64,000 bases of DNA from a virus: IMG/VR virus record IMGVR_UViG_3300027969_004705, positions 8,672 to 72,671 of that record; one strand, given 5' to 3'. Under the pieces are notes generated by a model. The model was not told the origin of the DNA, searched no databases, and was given only the letters and a program-made list of their open reading frames with translations. Within the stretch, counting starts at the first letter, position 1. The number at the start of each line of letters is the position of its first letter. This document shows, piece by piece, positions 10,183 to 22,300 of this stretch. The position numbers and the translations under genes were made by a program.

Positions 10183-10344
10183 TTAATAGTCAAAATAACT
10201 TATAACTTTTTCTATTTTTTTTACCAATTTTGCAACATCATTTAATTTTTGATTATCATGTATAGTAAACGTCATATTTGATAGACATTCATGTAATAAT
10301 AAAAAATCTTCCTGCTCGATACCTTCAACTATTAATTCATTCAT
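10183..10344 (-). CDS. Small hypothetical protein (53 aa), possible fibre chaperone
   Basis: MNELIVEGIEQEDFLLLHECL...YFDY*. ATGA overlap with the upstream fibre gene; fills the gap. Not in the ORF track. Confidence 0.6.
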   Translation of the reverse strand: MNELIVEGIEQEDFLLLHECLSNMTFTIHDNQKLNDVAKLVKKIEKVISYFDY

Positions 10345-12080
10345 AAAGTATAACCTACTATTCTTATTTTTGCTTCAACCATATGGTTTGGACTCATTCT
10401 TAAACCAAATACTAATTTTCCAGCATTATCTGCTGAAAGAGGTATAAATGTTTGTGCTGTGTTTGCTTGATGGTCAAATGAACCTTGAGCCCAGCAAGAA
10501 GCTAAACCATATTCATTGTTAGTTGGACCTCCAACATTTCCACTATCTAATAAACTAGCATTTGGAGCTGCTACAATATTTAATTGAGTAGGGTTACCCC
10601 ACGCATCTTTACGAACTATTGTTTCAATAATTAAATTCTTTGCATTATATGGTACTGATGCTGCTGGTGTAACAGATAGACCAGTAACAAGAGTAGTATA
10701 TACACCCATAGGGTCTGTTATTCCTGTGATATATGGATATGCAGTAACTGCAGTACTAAACGAATAATTTGTATTAGTATTCGCTAAACCTACATCTTTT
10801 TGATATATAGTAACTGGATTTTTAAAGAATACTATTGGTGATGTTTGATTTATAAATTCAGTATTTTGTGGTGCCAATGCTGTTATTGCACCAGCATTGG
10901 TATAGGATCCTGCTACAGATCCAGTTACTCGACCATATTGATCGAATGTAAAGTCATCAGTCCTACCTCTAACTGTACCTCCAGATCCTAGAACAGATAA
11001 TCCAACAGCTAGATTACCTGTCAATGTAGATACTGTAGATCCAGTAGATGCTACACCATTAACAGACGCAGTTAATCCATTACTAATTGTTATGGTTGAC
11101 TGTACAATATTATCAGGTACCGCTTTAATAATATACAACATACCTGTCGCGCTTAATGTACCGATATTTGTTGTTCTAGCACAAAGAGAGTATACAGTTG
11201 AACTACCCGGATCGTTTGATACACCGTATATTGTTTTATTAATTAAATTAGGTACATTAAAACTAGCACCACTACCGCCAAATGTTGTTTGAATGACAGC
11301 TGACAGGTAAGGATAAGTTGAACCTAATACTGATTGACCGTTACATAGTAGCCAGCCTGTTGGAGCATTAGCAGATGATACAAACGGCATTATAGTACCT
11401 ACAGGTATCTGACCTGCAGTACCTGCAACAAATAATGTTGTATTAACTAATGACGGTTTCCATGATAAATTACCAGATATATCAGTAGTTAGTACTAACT
11501 CTGTACCAACACCACCAGTTGGCCAGTTATAATTAATTGAATTAATAGATAAACTAGGTGGGAGGGTTAAATAAGCTGAATCATATGTAGATATGCTATT
11601 CGTCTTAATATTAGTAGAACTTAGTGATATTTTATTGTTAAAATCTAGTTCAAGTGAGTTACCTAACGCATTTGGAGAAAAATTGCCTGCAGATAGTACA
11701 CCTGCACTAATTGTATTAGTGGAAGATATAACAATACTATTATTAGCTTTTGTATAAACGCCGCCAATTTCTTCCCAGTTTGCTAAAATAGAACTATCGC
11801 TATTTTTCAATCTATATAGCTTGTTTGTACTTGTTGAATATGCTAAATCTCCTATTACAACATTAGATAATGCTGTAATATTTGCGACAGAGCCTTTAAA
11901 AAGATTACCTACAAGATTGCCTCCAGGATTTTGATTATCTCCTACATATAACCGCTCTGTATCAGTAGTATAACCTAATTCACCTTCTGATAATACAACT
12001 TGCTGCCTATCTACATCGGAACCTCTACGTACAAGTAGTTTTAACAGAGTATTTTCGAGAATTTCTATTTTTTTCGCCAT
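10341..12080 (-). CDS. Tail fibre protein (Mtd N-terminal-like domain + tail collar domain)
   Basis: LLVRRG...LSEGELGYTTDTERLYVGD; collar PVGTIMPF...PTGWLLCNG...FNVPNL...YIIKA. Confidence 0.85.
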   Translation of the reverse strand: MAKKIEILENTLLKLLVRRGSDVDRQQVVLSEGELGYTTDTERLYVGDNQNPGGNLVGNLFKGSVANITALSNVVIGDLAYSTSTNKLYRLKNSDSSILANWEEIGGVYTKANNSIVISSTNTISAGVLSAGNFSPNALGNSLELDFNNKISLSSTNIKTNSISTYDSAYLTLPPSLSINSINYNWPTGGVGTELVLTTDISGNLSWKPSLVNTTLFVAGTAGQIPVGTIMPFVSSANAPTGWLLCNGQSVLGSTYPYLSAVIQTTFGGSGASFNVPNLINKTIYGVSNDPGSSTVYSLCARTTNIGTLSATGMLYIIKAVPDNIVQSTITISNGLTASVNGVASTGSTVSTLTGNLAVGLSVLGSGGTVRGRTDDFTFDQYGRVTGSVAGSYTNAGAITALAPQNTEFINQTSPIVFFKNPVTIYQKDVGLANTNTNYSFSTAVTAYPYITGITDPMGVYTTLVTGLSVTPAASVPYNAKNLIIETIVRKDAWGNPTQLNIVAAPNASLLDSGNVGGPTNNEYGLASCWAQGSFDHQANTAQTFIPLSADNAGKLVFGLRMSPNHMVEAKIRIVGYTL

Positions 12081-12091
12081 AAAATTATATA

Positions 12092-13189
12092 TTAATATCT
12101 AAAGATGGGTATAGCTACTCTACTACCCATAGACGTAAGTAACGACATAAATCCTGCTGAGCTTAATGTTATATTAGATGATATTGCTGGATTAGCAGGA
12201 TTTGCAGACATTGCAGTTAATAATGTTTGATTAGTAAATGTACTTTGATCTAGATATCCGTTAAATACTGATAATGGTGATCCTGCATTTTGACCAGTTA
12301 AATTTTCATATATTACTGATGTTTTACCTGTTATTTGTCCGTATGTATTATAAGATATATTATCAAATGCAGTTGTACTAGCAGCTACAATGCTTTTTAA
12401 CTTAACAGCATTAGACACAAGCTCAACAGTTACATTATCTGTAGATTGTAATGTAGACACAAGCTTATTACTAGATATAGATAAGCCAGCTCCAATCATT
12501 CCACTACTTAATGTGGTTGTTGTTACAATACCTGATGGTAGAGCTGATAAAATAAGTTGATTAGAACCATTATAACCAAATGTAGCAGGGTCAGATTTAA
12601 CTTGTATTACATTGCCACTACCGCCTTCTAAGCCTCTACCTAAAATTGAATTAGGTAGATTACTAGCATTTATAGATCCGACCGCTAATTTATATTGATT
12701 ACTAGAGTTTAATACAATCGTACTATTATCAACATTTGCAGATAAACCATTAGTCGCAGTAGCAACTAAACCTCCAGATACATAAGCTGCAGTACTTGCA
12801 AATTTACTCCCTGTTATTCCGTTATCCTTAATAACTAACTGCCCACTACCATTATATTCTAAGCCTTGTCCGCTACCAGGTAAAGGACTTATCATAGTCC
12901 ATGAACCTGATAAACTATAATCAGAGCTTGTTAGTTGATACAATATATTTTGATCTTGTACTATATCGCCCAGTACAGCAGATGCGAGCGTTAATCTATA
13001 ATTAGGTGCTGTACCAGGTGAGTAAGCAATATTACCTACAATGGTGCCGCCTGTAGTTATACCATCACCAACAAATACCCGCTTTGTATCTGTTGTGTAT
13101 CCTAATTCGCCCTGCTCTAATATAACACTCTGGCGTTGCGCGTTAGAGCCGCGTCTTATTTTTAACTTTACTATTGTTATATCAGGCAT
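12092..13189 (-). CDS. Tail fibre protein (Mtd N-terminal-like domain)
   Basis: KIRRG...LEQGELGYTTDTKRVFVGDG; fibre repeats; YNTYGQIT. Confidence 0.8.
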   Translation of the reverse strand: MPDITIVKLKIRRGSNAQRQSVILEQGELGYTTDTKRVFVGDGITTGGTIVGNIAYSPGTAPNYRLTLASAVLGDIVQDQNILYQLTSSDYSLSGSWTMISPLPGSGQGLEYNGSGQLVIKDNGITGSKFASTAAYVSGGLVATATNGLSANVDNSTIVLNSSNQYKLAVGSINASNLPNSILGRGLEGGSGNVIQVKSDPATFGYNGSNQLILSALPSGIVTTTTLSSGMIGAGLSISSNKLVSTLQSTDNVTVELVSNAVKLKSIVAASTTAFDNISYNTYGQITGKTSVIYENLTGQNAGSPLSVFNGYLDQSTFTNQTLLTAMSANPANPAISSNITLSSAGFMSLLTSMGSRVAIPIFRY

Positions 13190-13213
13190 ATATTTATTAT
13201 TTATTGTAAAATG

Positions 13214-14077
13214 CTAGTACACCCAACCATCTAATGTAACATCTAGCGTTGCCTCATTATAATTACCTTGAGTAGATCCATCGAGTCTTGTTATTTTCAT
13301 TTCAAACGTTGAAGCGACTAGTGAAGGTGTTGAGGATAATATGAAAAATTGAGTATTTGTATCAACCATTGTATCAACACCAAGGTCATTACGATCCTCT
13401 CTTACTCGTCCATAAGCTATCTCTTTTCCAGCTAGCATACCTGTAACTGTAAAGTCAGAAGCTCTCGACTCCATAACAAGTCTAGTTTTAATGATCGCAT
13501 ATCGCGGCGGTGGAGTAACTACATTATATAGTCCCCAGCTGAATACTGCTGATGAGGTATACGTTCCTCCTTCACCTAATCCGTTTAAAATATTATTAAT
13601 AGACGGATTGTTTTGATAACTAAAGAGAGATATAGGTGTAGTTAATAACACGACTGACGGACTTGACTCAATATTAGTTATTAACCCGTTTGCTACCGTA
13701 ATTTTAGGATTTACATAAACTCCATCAGGATAAGAACTATAAACAGCATTAAATACATTACTAAATCCAGATAGAGAAAGAGTTCCAGCACTAGATCGAA
13801 CTACAATATCGTTAGAGCCTCCAGTATCTATTCTTGGCATAGCCAATTCATTGGCAACTAATGAATTTCCTTTAATAATCGCATTACTGGAGAGTAATCC
13901 TGTTATACTTGCTCCCTGATTTTGTCTGCCTAAGGATAATGCTGATACTTCACCTGAACCGTCATGAATTTTTGTTTGACCTGTAGCTGATAGAGGCACT
14001 CCTCTCGCGTGCAATACTCCTAGATACGTATCACTAATGTTAGTATTGGTAAGTTGCGATGTGTTAATAGTTGCCAT
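13214..14077 (-). CDS. Putative tail fibre/virion protein
   Basis: IHDGSGEVSALSL, GVYVNPKITVANGLIT fibre-type motifs; TTAAATA 5 nt upstream. Confidence 0.6.
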   Translation of the reverse strand: MATINTSQLTNTNISDTYLGVLHARGVPLSATGQTKIHDGSGEVSALSLGRQNQGASITGLLSSNAIIKGNSLVANELAMPRIDTGGSNDIVVRSSAGTLSLSGFSNVFNAVYSSYPDGVYVNPKITVANGLITNIESSPSVVLLTTPISLFSYQNNPSINNILNGLGEGGTYTSSAVFSWGLYNVVTPPPRYAIIKTRLVMESRASDFTVTGMLAGKEIAYGRVREDRNDLGVDTMVDTNTQFFILSSTPSLVASTFEMKITRLDGSTQGNYNEATLDVTLDGWVY

Positions 14078-14094
14078 ATAGTTATTTAATACAT

Positions 14095-15981
14095 TTAATC
14101 TATTACTAATGTACCTGATGATGTGAATACAGGCGTAAGTTTACTTCCGTAATCAGTATTAGTTATGTTAATCAGTTCATACTGCAACTTATAAATATTA
14201 GTTAATATTCGATTTACTACTCCTAATATATTCTTTTCATTTTCATGGATATAATACTGATTTTGTTCTATATTCGGTAAGTCTCTTAAATCTACATTGT
14301 AGTTATAATCTGTTAATGTAAATATATTACGAGAATCATAATTACCAGTAAATCTACCTAATAAGTTGTTTTGAATAGTTAATAGGTCACTTATAATTTT
14401 ATAAACCTCTTTATTTATTGTAGAGGCTTGAATATATTCATTTGTTGATAGGGAAAAATTATTAATTCCGTAGTTTTCATAATTTTCAGCTTTAGTTACT
14501 CGTTTAAATACATAAGGCTCTTCAAAAATATAAATTCTTGAGGGAGTAAGCAAGATTACATTGTCATAACTTGCAGATGTCTGCATAATATTAAGACTCT
14601 TGTAACTATTACTTAAATATGCTGAATCTTCTGCATTTCCTCCTGGTGATAATTTATTCCATATAAAATTAGCAGACTTAAACGGTATTTCGACATAATT
14701 CCATATATTAGTGGTTTCAGTCGTATCACCATCTTCCGCTAACAGTCGTTTAGCTTGATATCTGCCTACAATTTTATCAGGACGATTTTTTAAATGCTGG
14801 TAAACATTAAAGTTAGTACATATATGCCAATAGTTATTATTACTATTAGAAAAAGCTATGTTATTAACCTTTTCATCTTGTACTAGTTTTTCTTCTAATA
14901 CATATGTTTCCTGTAACTTATACTCACTATCATAAATATAAACTTTTAATGTATCTTTATAGTAAGTTAATACATAAAGTCTATTTTCTAACTTATCAAA
15001 CTCTGCTGCTGCTAAAGGTTCACTCTTAAATCGAGGACCAGCTAACCGTAACTTATAATTAAAGTTTATACTAAATATTTTACATACATAGTTACCAGAA
15101 TCATATACTAACAGATCATTATTATTACAGCATATAAAAGTAGGTGTGTTAAATCTTGACGGATCTGTACTACTACCTGTACCTCCTATTAATTCTATTA
15201 AGTTTCGTTTATTAGCTAACGCTTTATCATTGTTATAATATCCAGCGACCTCATACTTAATAATTACATTATTAGCTGAGTCAGATATAAATACATGAGT
15301 ATCATTTAAGCATATATTTTCTAGCTTACCAAATGTTAGTTCGTTTTCTATGGTCTCTATCTTATTTGATATCTCTATATAGTTTGTTTCTACACTATTA
15401 GTAGATAAACTTACAAAGCTACTACTTGTTATACCAAATATAGTAAAAGTATCTGTATTATCATCATACTGCTTTGATACACAATGTGTAATATTACCAA
15501 GATCTATAAAATTAGGATTTTTATTAAACCGACTCGCTTGATTGTAGTTGTCATATAGATCTAACTTTGTGGCGGAAAGCTGACTATCACCTATTCCCGA
15601 TAGACCTATAAATTTAACATTATTAGAAGAAGGTAAATCGTTGTTGGGAATAAACATTCTAGAGTAAACATATGAATTATTTATGTGTAGCTTCTTTAAT
15701 TTATCACTTATAAGATTATAAGTTAAATAATCATTAGCACTTACATTTATATCATGTAATGTATAAGGTAGTGAAATTATATCTGATATTAATCTATCAT
15801 AGGTTAATTCAGATGCTAATATATCTGATGCAAATGATTGTTGAATAGTTAACGGGTAATTAGTTATATATGTGTGTATATCTCCATCATTTATCTCTAC
15901 TTCACCTATATAATTCTCATTATTTAGTAAAAACTCTCCGCCATTAGTGTAGAATTTTTTGTATTTAGTATAATTTATCAT
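14095..15981 (-). CDS. Virion protein with NHL/beta-propeller repeats
   Basis: VFISDSANNVI, RFNTPTFI, LLVYDSGNY. Confidence 0.6.
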   Translation of the reverse strand: MINYTKYKKFYTNGGEFLLNNENYIGEVEINDGDIHTYITNYPLTIQQSFASDILASELTYDRLISDIISLPYTLHDINVSANDYLTYNLISDKLKKLHINNSYVYSRMFIPNNDLPSSNNVKFIGLSGIGDSQLSATKLDLYDNYNQASRFNKNPNFIDLGNITHCVSKQYDDNTDTFTIFGITSSSFVSLSTNSVETNYIEISNKIETIENELTFGKLENICLNDTHVFISDSANNVIIKYEVAGYYNNDKALANKRNLIELIGGTGSSTDPSRFNTPTFICCNNNDLLVYDSGNYVCKIFSINFNYKLRLAGPRFKSEPLAAAEFDKLENRLYVLTYYKDTLKVYIYDSEYKLQETYVLEEKLVQDEKVNNIAFSNSNNNYWHICTNFNVYQHLKNRPDKIVGRYQAKRLLAEDGDTTETTNIWNYVEIPFKSANFIWNKLSPGGNAEDSAYLSNSYKSLNIMQTSASYDNVILLTPSRIYIFEEPYVFKRVTKAENYENYGINNFSLSTNEYIQASTINKEVYKIISDLLTIQNNLLGRFTGNYDSRNIFTLTDYNYNVDLRDLPNIEQNQYYIHENEKNILGVVNRILTNIYKLQYELINITNTDYGSKLTPVFTSSGTLVID

Positions 15982-18900
15982 TTAAAATCTACAAAGTTTA
16001 TGTTGTTTATTGTTACTCCGATAGGTAGTAAAGAAGTTGCTTGTGCTAAAATATTATTTATGATATTATTCCGAAAATCAATATTCGTAACATTTAAATT
16101 CTTAATATATATATCAATAAGCTTGCTTGAATTAGTTTGCGAAAATTTAAAAAATCTTTCTATCTGTTCAAGATTATTACGCTGACCGGCTGGCATTGAT
16201 AACACTAACTGATCAATTTTCTTGCCTAATAAAGTAAGAGCAGCAACTGTATCATTAGATACCGGTCGATTATATATCAAAAGATTTTTTATTCTAAAAT
16301 CTTTGGTATAGTAATATCCAGGCTGCCTAAGATATGTTGCGAGATCAATACCATTAAAGAATCCCGTTGTTCCAATAAATAAATCATCGTTAAATATATT
16401 TTGTATTTTATATTTACCAGGTGATACATTTATGGTTGCATAACTAGCACCATTTACAAATAGCGTAATATTTCCTTGTACTGAATCAAATCTATATGTT
16501 AAAGTATGATATCCTGTATCAATATTAGACGTATTAAAATTTATATTTGTATCTAATATATCTTCACTTGATAAATAATTGGTTAATGTTAATTCAAAAC
16601 TAATATTTTTAGGTTTGTATATATTATTAAAGTAATTATAATTAGTTTGAGTATATCTTCTTGCTGTTAAACTGTTATATTCGCTATATTTACCTGTACT
16701 ACTTAATTTAGCAAACACAACTGATGCATTACCAGAAGTATTGTATTTAATAATATTTAAATTATTACTAGAATCTGCTATTAAGCTGGTGACATATGTA
16801 TTAGTTGATGTGGATGTGTATTCTTTACCAAAATCAATATTTAAAACCTTACCTCCTGCGGATAATGCCGGTATATAAGATGAAAGAGGATAAGAAGACA
16901 CAAACTGCCTTAATGTAGTATATACGCTAATTTTATTATTATGACCTATATAGATATTTTTATTACTATCTATGTTAAAGTCGGTAATTCCTGCTTGACT
17001 AATAAGGAATACTTCTGATTCATTATTAAGTAAATTATGCTTTATAAGATTTACGTCACGTATTGTATAGAATATATAATTTGATCCATACCCTTCATAC
17101 TTTAACCTCTCTCCAGGTAAATATAGTAAAGTATCATTATATCTAATTAAACTCTTTGCATAATCATACTTAGTGTCTTTATATTTAGCAAACGGTACAG
17201 CATTTGTCACAGTAGTAGGCTGTAATGTCTTAAGATTAACCTCTATACAGCTGCCTGAACTGGAAGTTAAGAATGTGATTCTATCCTTTTCTTGTAAATA
17301 ATTAATATAATTATTAAGATTAGGGATTGTTTCTAATTTTATTTTATTTGCTTGAGCATTTAGCTTATATATCTCACCAGCTGAACAAACTACAAAAAAG
17401 TCTTGCAGTGGTTCGTATATAATAATATCTTTTATATCTGAACTAAATACATTTGTTGTTATTAAAGTATAATCACTATTATATACATATAATTTTTTAC
17501 CACTATATGTATATATAAACGGCGTTATAATTTGGTTATTTCTAACGCCAAATCCAGCGTTAGTTTTATTACCGAGTAGTTGAAACCCATAATCTTTATT
17601 AGGCTGAATATAAATATCGAACGATATAGTAAATTGATTAGTTTGATTTACTTCCGCTGCAATTAAATATTTGCTATAGTTTGTACCGTCATATATTACT
17701 TCTGTCTCAGTATATGCTGATTGAACATTGTTTATGTCGTATATATATGGAAACCCGCTAGCAATCGGATTACTATTATTAATAAAATTACTAATATCTG
17801 CTTCTCCTAAGCGTTCATATTTATATGAAACATTAGGCTCGATAGCTAAAGAGCTTTTATAATCTACAATAGGAGTATCTTTATTTACATTTTCATCATA
17901 ATATCTATCTACCCACATACCAGCTGATCCAGGATTATCAGCCGATAACCATGTACACATATACCTACCATTATTATTCTGAGTACTATACTTTTGATTT
18001 ATATAAATTTTATCTGAAACAAGCGGAGATGTTCCGCCTAAGCTACCATTTTGCGCAAAATCTGTATCATTTATATTAAGCTTGTCATAAGGGTATATAC
18101 TCGAAGGTGCTTTAAAAAATGTATCTGTACCATTCTGTATTATTATGTCTTTATTATAAAAAACGTAATTTAATGCTATTTTATTATTACCACCTTCTTG
18201 GTCATTACCCGTGAATATACTAGTATATTCACGGAAATCTACATCAGGATGATTTACATTACCTATAAGCATATTTGTTCCGCTTTTTATATAATTTTTC
18301 TCTGATCGTTGATTGTTTAGTGTAATATAATTTAAATTAAAAGAACTTAAGCAAGTATTGTAATTGGTGTGTAGCAGATACTGTGACTTTAAGTCGTAAA
18401 CACTTCTTTCTTCGTTAGCTATTAAATCATTTAGACGAGCAGTATCATATGTTATCCAACTAGTTCCTGTTTTATACTGTATATCTTTATAGTTATAATC
18501 TATTTTAATTAAACTCTTAACTCTAGAAATTGATTGACCTGCGGTAACAGTATTAAACACTAGTTTATCGCTATCATATATTAAGACACGAGTATCACCA
18601 CTACTAATATTTTTATATAGAGTTAAATATCCAATATCGTCTATTTCATACGTAAACATATCATTTCTTTCATATGTTATCGTCTGTGGATCACTTTCAT
18701 AATTATAAAAACATACACTATTATTAGTATAATTTAAATAATAATCCGCTATTCCATTATTATGCTTTATTCTGACATATTTACCGTTTATAAACTCTAA
18801 TTCAAAAATAGTATTATTATCAAAAATATTAATAGGTAGAGCATATACCCCAGCTGGTTTAATTTCATCACTATATGATGAATTACTTTGCTTAAAAGTG

Positions 18901-19214
18901 TATAAGTACTTATTATATTGTAAATTTCTAGATGAACTTAAACTAGCAAAAATTAACGACGTTGTTAATGTATTAATTGTATTTTCTTTTGTAAGTATTT
19001 TAAAAATATCACTAATATTTTTTTTACCTGTTAAATAGTGAGCTGTATAGTTGTTTATAGAACTATCATAGATTTCTGATAGTGCATCTATTTCTGTAAA
19101 CTTAAAGCCTTCTTCATAAGAGATACTTCTTTGATTATAAGTAAAGAATGGGTCACTATATAGCAGCAGGCGTGTGTATATAGATGAAACGCTGTATTTT
19201 TGAAGAGTAGTCAC
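15978..19214 (-). CDS. Large virion protein with ConA/LamG-like C-terminal domain
   Basis: FTISFDI, YHTLTYRFDS.QGNITLFVNG, LFIG, LLIYNRPVS; GTG start 6 nt after TTAAATA. Confidence 0.65.
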   Translation of the reverse strand: MTTLQKYSVSSIYTRLLLYSDPFFTYNQRSISYEEGFKFTEIDALSEIYDSSINNYTAHYLTGKKNISDIFKILTKENTINTLTTSLIFASLSSSRNLQYNKYLYTFKQSNSSYSDEIKPAGVYALPINIFDNNTIFELEFINGKYVRIKHNNGIADYYLNYTNNSVCFYNYESDPQTITYERNDMFTYEIDDIGYLTLYKNISSGDTRVLIYDSDKLVFNTVTAGQSISRVKSLIKIDYNYKDIQYKTGTSWITYDTARLNDLIANEERSVYDLKSQYLLHTNYNTCLSSFNLNYITLNNQRSEKNYIKSGTNMLIGNVNHPDVDFREYTSIFTGNDQEGGNNKIALNYVFYNKDIIIQNGTDTFFKAPSSIYPYDKLNINDTDFAQNGSLGGTSPLVSDKIYINQKYSTQNNNGRYMCTWLSADNPGSAGMWVDRYYDENVNKDTPIVDYKSSLAIEPNVSYKYERLGEADISNFINNSNPIASGFPYIYDINNVQSAYTETEVIYDGTNYSKYLIAAEVNQTNQFTISFDIYIQPNKDYGFQLLGNKTNAGFGVRNNQIITPFIYTYSGKKLYVYNSDYTLITTNVFSSDIKDIIIYEPLQDFFVVCSAGEIYKLNAQANKIKLETIPNLNNYINYLQEKDRITFLTSSSGSCIEVNLKTLQPTTVTNAVPFAKYKDTKYDYAKSLIRYNDTLLYLPGERLKYEGYGSNYIFYTIRDVNLIKHNLLNNESEVFLISQAGITDFNIDSNKNIYIGHNNKISVYTTLRQFVSSYPLSSYIPALSAGGKVLNIDFGKEYTSTSTNTYVTSLIADSSNNLNIIKYNTSGNASVVFAKLSSTGKYSEYNSLTARRYTQTNYNYFNNIYKPKNISFELTLTNYLSSEDILDTNINFNTSNIDTGYHTLTYRFDSVQGNITLFVNGASYATINVSPGKYKIQNIFNDDLFIGTTGFFNGIDLATYLRQPGYYYTKDFRIKNLLIYNRPVSNDTVAALTLLGKKIDQLVLSMPAGQRNNLEQIERFFKFSQTNSSKLIDIYIKNLNVTNIDFRNNIINNILAQATSLLPIGVTINNINFVDFK

Positions 19215-19323
19215 TTTAATTATTTAATAACTGAGACTTAAAACACAGTATCAATCTCTACACCTACTTTTCGTCTTGTGGTTCTAGGGTTTTATATTTG
19301 TTGGATGAATTGACTATCAAACA

Positions 19324-22300
19324 TTAAAAATTAAAAATTAAAGTAACTAATCCAGGAGCACCATCACCGCCAGCGGCACCGTCAGTGCCACCATTAGTGC
19401 CTCCACCTGCACCTGACCCGCCTATTCCACAGTAGAGAGGACCAGTAAGGATAGCAGCAGGTGCGAAACCTCCTCCACTAGCATTAGCTGCACCTCCATT
19501 AGCAGCCCCACCATATCCAATACCACTGAGTCTAACTGTTTCAGTGGTATCTATGCTTCCTCCACCTGCACCTCCAGTAGATCCATTAGGATTAAAAGAA
19601 GTCGAAGTTCCGCTAGTGGACGCAGATACACCATATCCCGTGAATCCAGCATATGTGCCTGTTCCAGCGTTACTAGAAATTGAGCCTCCTATCGAAGTTG
19701 CTGATGTTCCTCCAACACCGGTATTACCATTGTTAACACTGCTTCCGCCTTGGTTGACTCCTGCGGATATAAGAGGTGTACTACCTCGTAGTATTCCTGA
19801 TGCACCACCAATAGATCCAGGATTTCCATTAGTGTTAGCACTTAATGCTGGTATGCCCGCGCCCCCTGCACCTCCTGCTCCAACAGTAACAGTCCAAGTT
19901 CCTGCCGCAACATTTGCAGAAAAAATAGTTCTAACTGTTCGCCAGCCCCCGCCACCACCTGTTCCTCCAAGACGGTTTGTGCCGACTGCTCCCATTCTGC
20001 CACTACCGCCTCCTGCACCGCCTTGTATTGCTTCAGCCATACAAGTCACCCAGCCAGTAGGAGGAGTAATTGTAGACACACCAGACAGCACAGCAACACC
20101 TGCGTTATTGCTGGCATACTGGAAAATGTAGGTTACTGGAGATGGTGCAACCGGGGTACCATTTACGGTTATTGATGTTGCAGAAATACTTTTAGATGAA
20201 ACACTATTAGAAAATGTTCCATTAACTGCTGATAATGATGTAAAGTTTGCCGTATTACTACTAATATTATTAGTTACTGTAATATTAGAAAATATACCAT
20301 TAACTGCTGATAATGATGTAACTGAGAGTGATGCAAATATTGGACTACTAGAGAGTCCAAGACCTAAATTAACTCTTGCTCCAGAAGCAGTAGTTGATCC
20401 AGTACCTCCTACTGACAACGGTAATGTGGTAGATAGTGTATCTGCCATAGGTGCTACTGCTAGATTGGCTAAGCTGCCTAGCACAAGAGGTGTACCGAGC
20501 CGTGTGCTGTAATAAGCTAAGTGTTTGACTGAAAGATTGGCTTCACCCCATCGAAGTTGATTTTGCGTACTATATGGATTTAAGCCAGAGTCAAAAGCAG
20601 CTGTTTGTAAAACGCCATTAAGCCATACTTTATGACGGTTTACTGTGTCGGTTGAGCTCCAGTCAATAACAATATCAAAGTCTGGAACCGTTCGAGCAGC
20701 GAGATTGTAGTTAATTATGTCTCCACCGGATAAATTTCGGAAACGTACTTGTAGTGCGCTGGCAGAGTCGTAAATGGTAGGACCAGGACTATAACCTCCA
20801 GAGTCAACCATCGCAAATAATTCAACGAGACCAGCAGAAACTGGACGACTACCGCTAAAGCGTATGGTACCGCCGCTTGAATAAAAGACTGAACTGAAAG
20901 CCGTACTAGACAAGGTACCAGAATCTGCTCCAGTATCCCACGCAGGGAATGCATTTCCGAGTAGTCCAGTTACTGGTTGAACAACAGTAGCAGTAGCAAT
21001 CTTTAAGTCGTTGCCGCTTCTCCATAATGTTCCAGGTGATCCTGTACCTGGGTCGGCAGTTAGAATAGCAGCAAGTGATAGATTAATAGATGTACTAGCA
21101 AATGTTGCAGTAGTAACTCTGTTAGGTTTAATGTAGACGGGCTTATCAGCACCTGTTCCGATACATAAGCTATCCGTTGCTCCAGATCCTTCAATTATGG
21201 AATTGCTTCCTGCGTTGCTAAATAACTGGAACAAATTATCATATGAACCAAATAACGGGTAGGTATTTATGGTAGTATTTGTAGGAACTGAGGTTCCGGT
21301 CTGTAATGTAAGTGTTTGCGGAGCGGCTATTGTTATATTAGAAGTTTCGCTTTTTACAACACCTGCATTAATAAAAGTAACTCGATTATCAAGTCGTGCA
21401 ACCCACGAATATCTGCCCGTAACTAGTGAATCCTTATTGCCTAATATAGTCTGTCCTGTTCCCCTATCAACAAAAGCATATGACGTAAAAGCAACATCTA
21501 ACCCTAATTCATAATTATCAGTTCCGGTTACTATTACGCCAGTATTATTTCCTGGTAGATACTGCCCACCACTAATATATGTACCGCTTCCAGATACGCC
21601 AGATAATGCAAATCTATTAAAATCTATAGCACTAATAGCTACATTAGTCACATTCGCATTAGGAATTCCAGTAACACCAAAAATGGTCACTTTGTCGCCA
21701 GTAGATCTTCCATGACCGGTATACTCTAAACCAGCGGGTATGTCTGAAGTTATGATGATAGGATTACCACTAGTAACATTAGTTATAGTTCTTAAATATT
21801 TAGAAGTACTTGTTATTGGCATAAATACCCCTGTACAATTTTTAAGTCTTACACCAGTAGACACTTCTTCTGCTTGGAATGCATTAATATTAATACCTCT
21901 ACAATTTTCAGCATATAGAGAAGGATAATAGTCGCCATCACTATCTTTTGCCCATTGATTATTGTTAATAAAAGAACAGACTACCTGCTTTGCTGCAAAA
22001 CTATAACAAGTATTTAGACTTATTCCAGGTCCACGAGTAACTCCTTCAACATTCAAGTAGCCTACATCGACAGAACCACCGTTGATATCGGTTACAAAAC
22101 CTCTTAGACCGCATTCATAAATCCCTAAAAATCCAATTGTACCTCTTTGCGCACATGAAAATCTTAATCCACTACTATAAGGGTTATTATTATTGTATCC
22201 ATTAACAAGAGATCTATTTCCACTAATACATATATTGTTAATATATGCTGCGAATGTATTTGCAGCACCAGGTCCGTTACTTTCATTGGATAACATATAC

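Noticed and set aside
10341-13189. Diversity-generating retroelement suggested by two Mtd-N-like fibre genes
   Set aside because: No reverse transcriptase and no adenine-mismatched template/variable repeat pair seen in the window; the Mtd-N domain is a common fibre anchor.
19215-19323. Structured ncRNA in the gap of about 110 bp after the tailspike
   Set aside because: No convincing stem or known motif found by eye, apart from the late promoter for the next gene.
19544-20131. 195-aa Pro-rich plus-strand ORF (and other short antisense or nested ORFs in the track)
   Set aside because: Antisense shadow of Gly-rich codons in the tailspike; no promoter motif. The other short overlapping ORFs are likewise shadows of clear genes.
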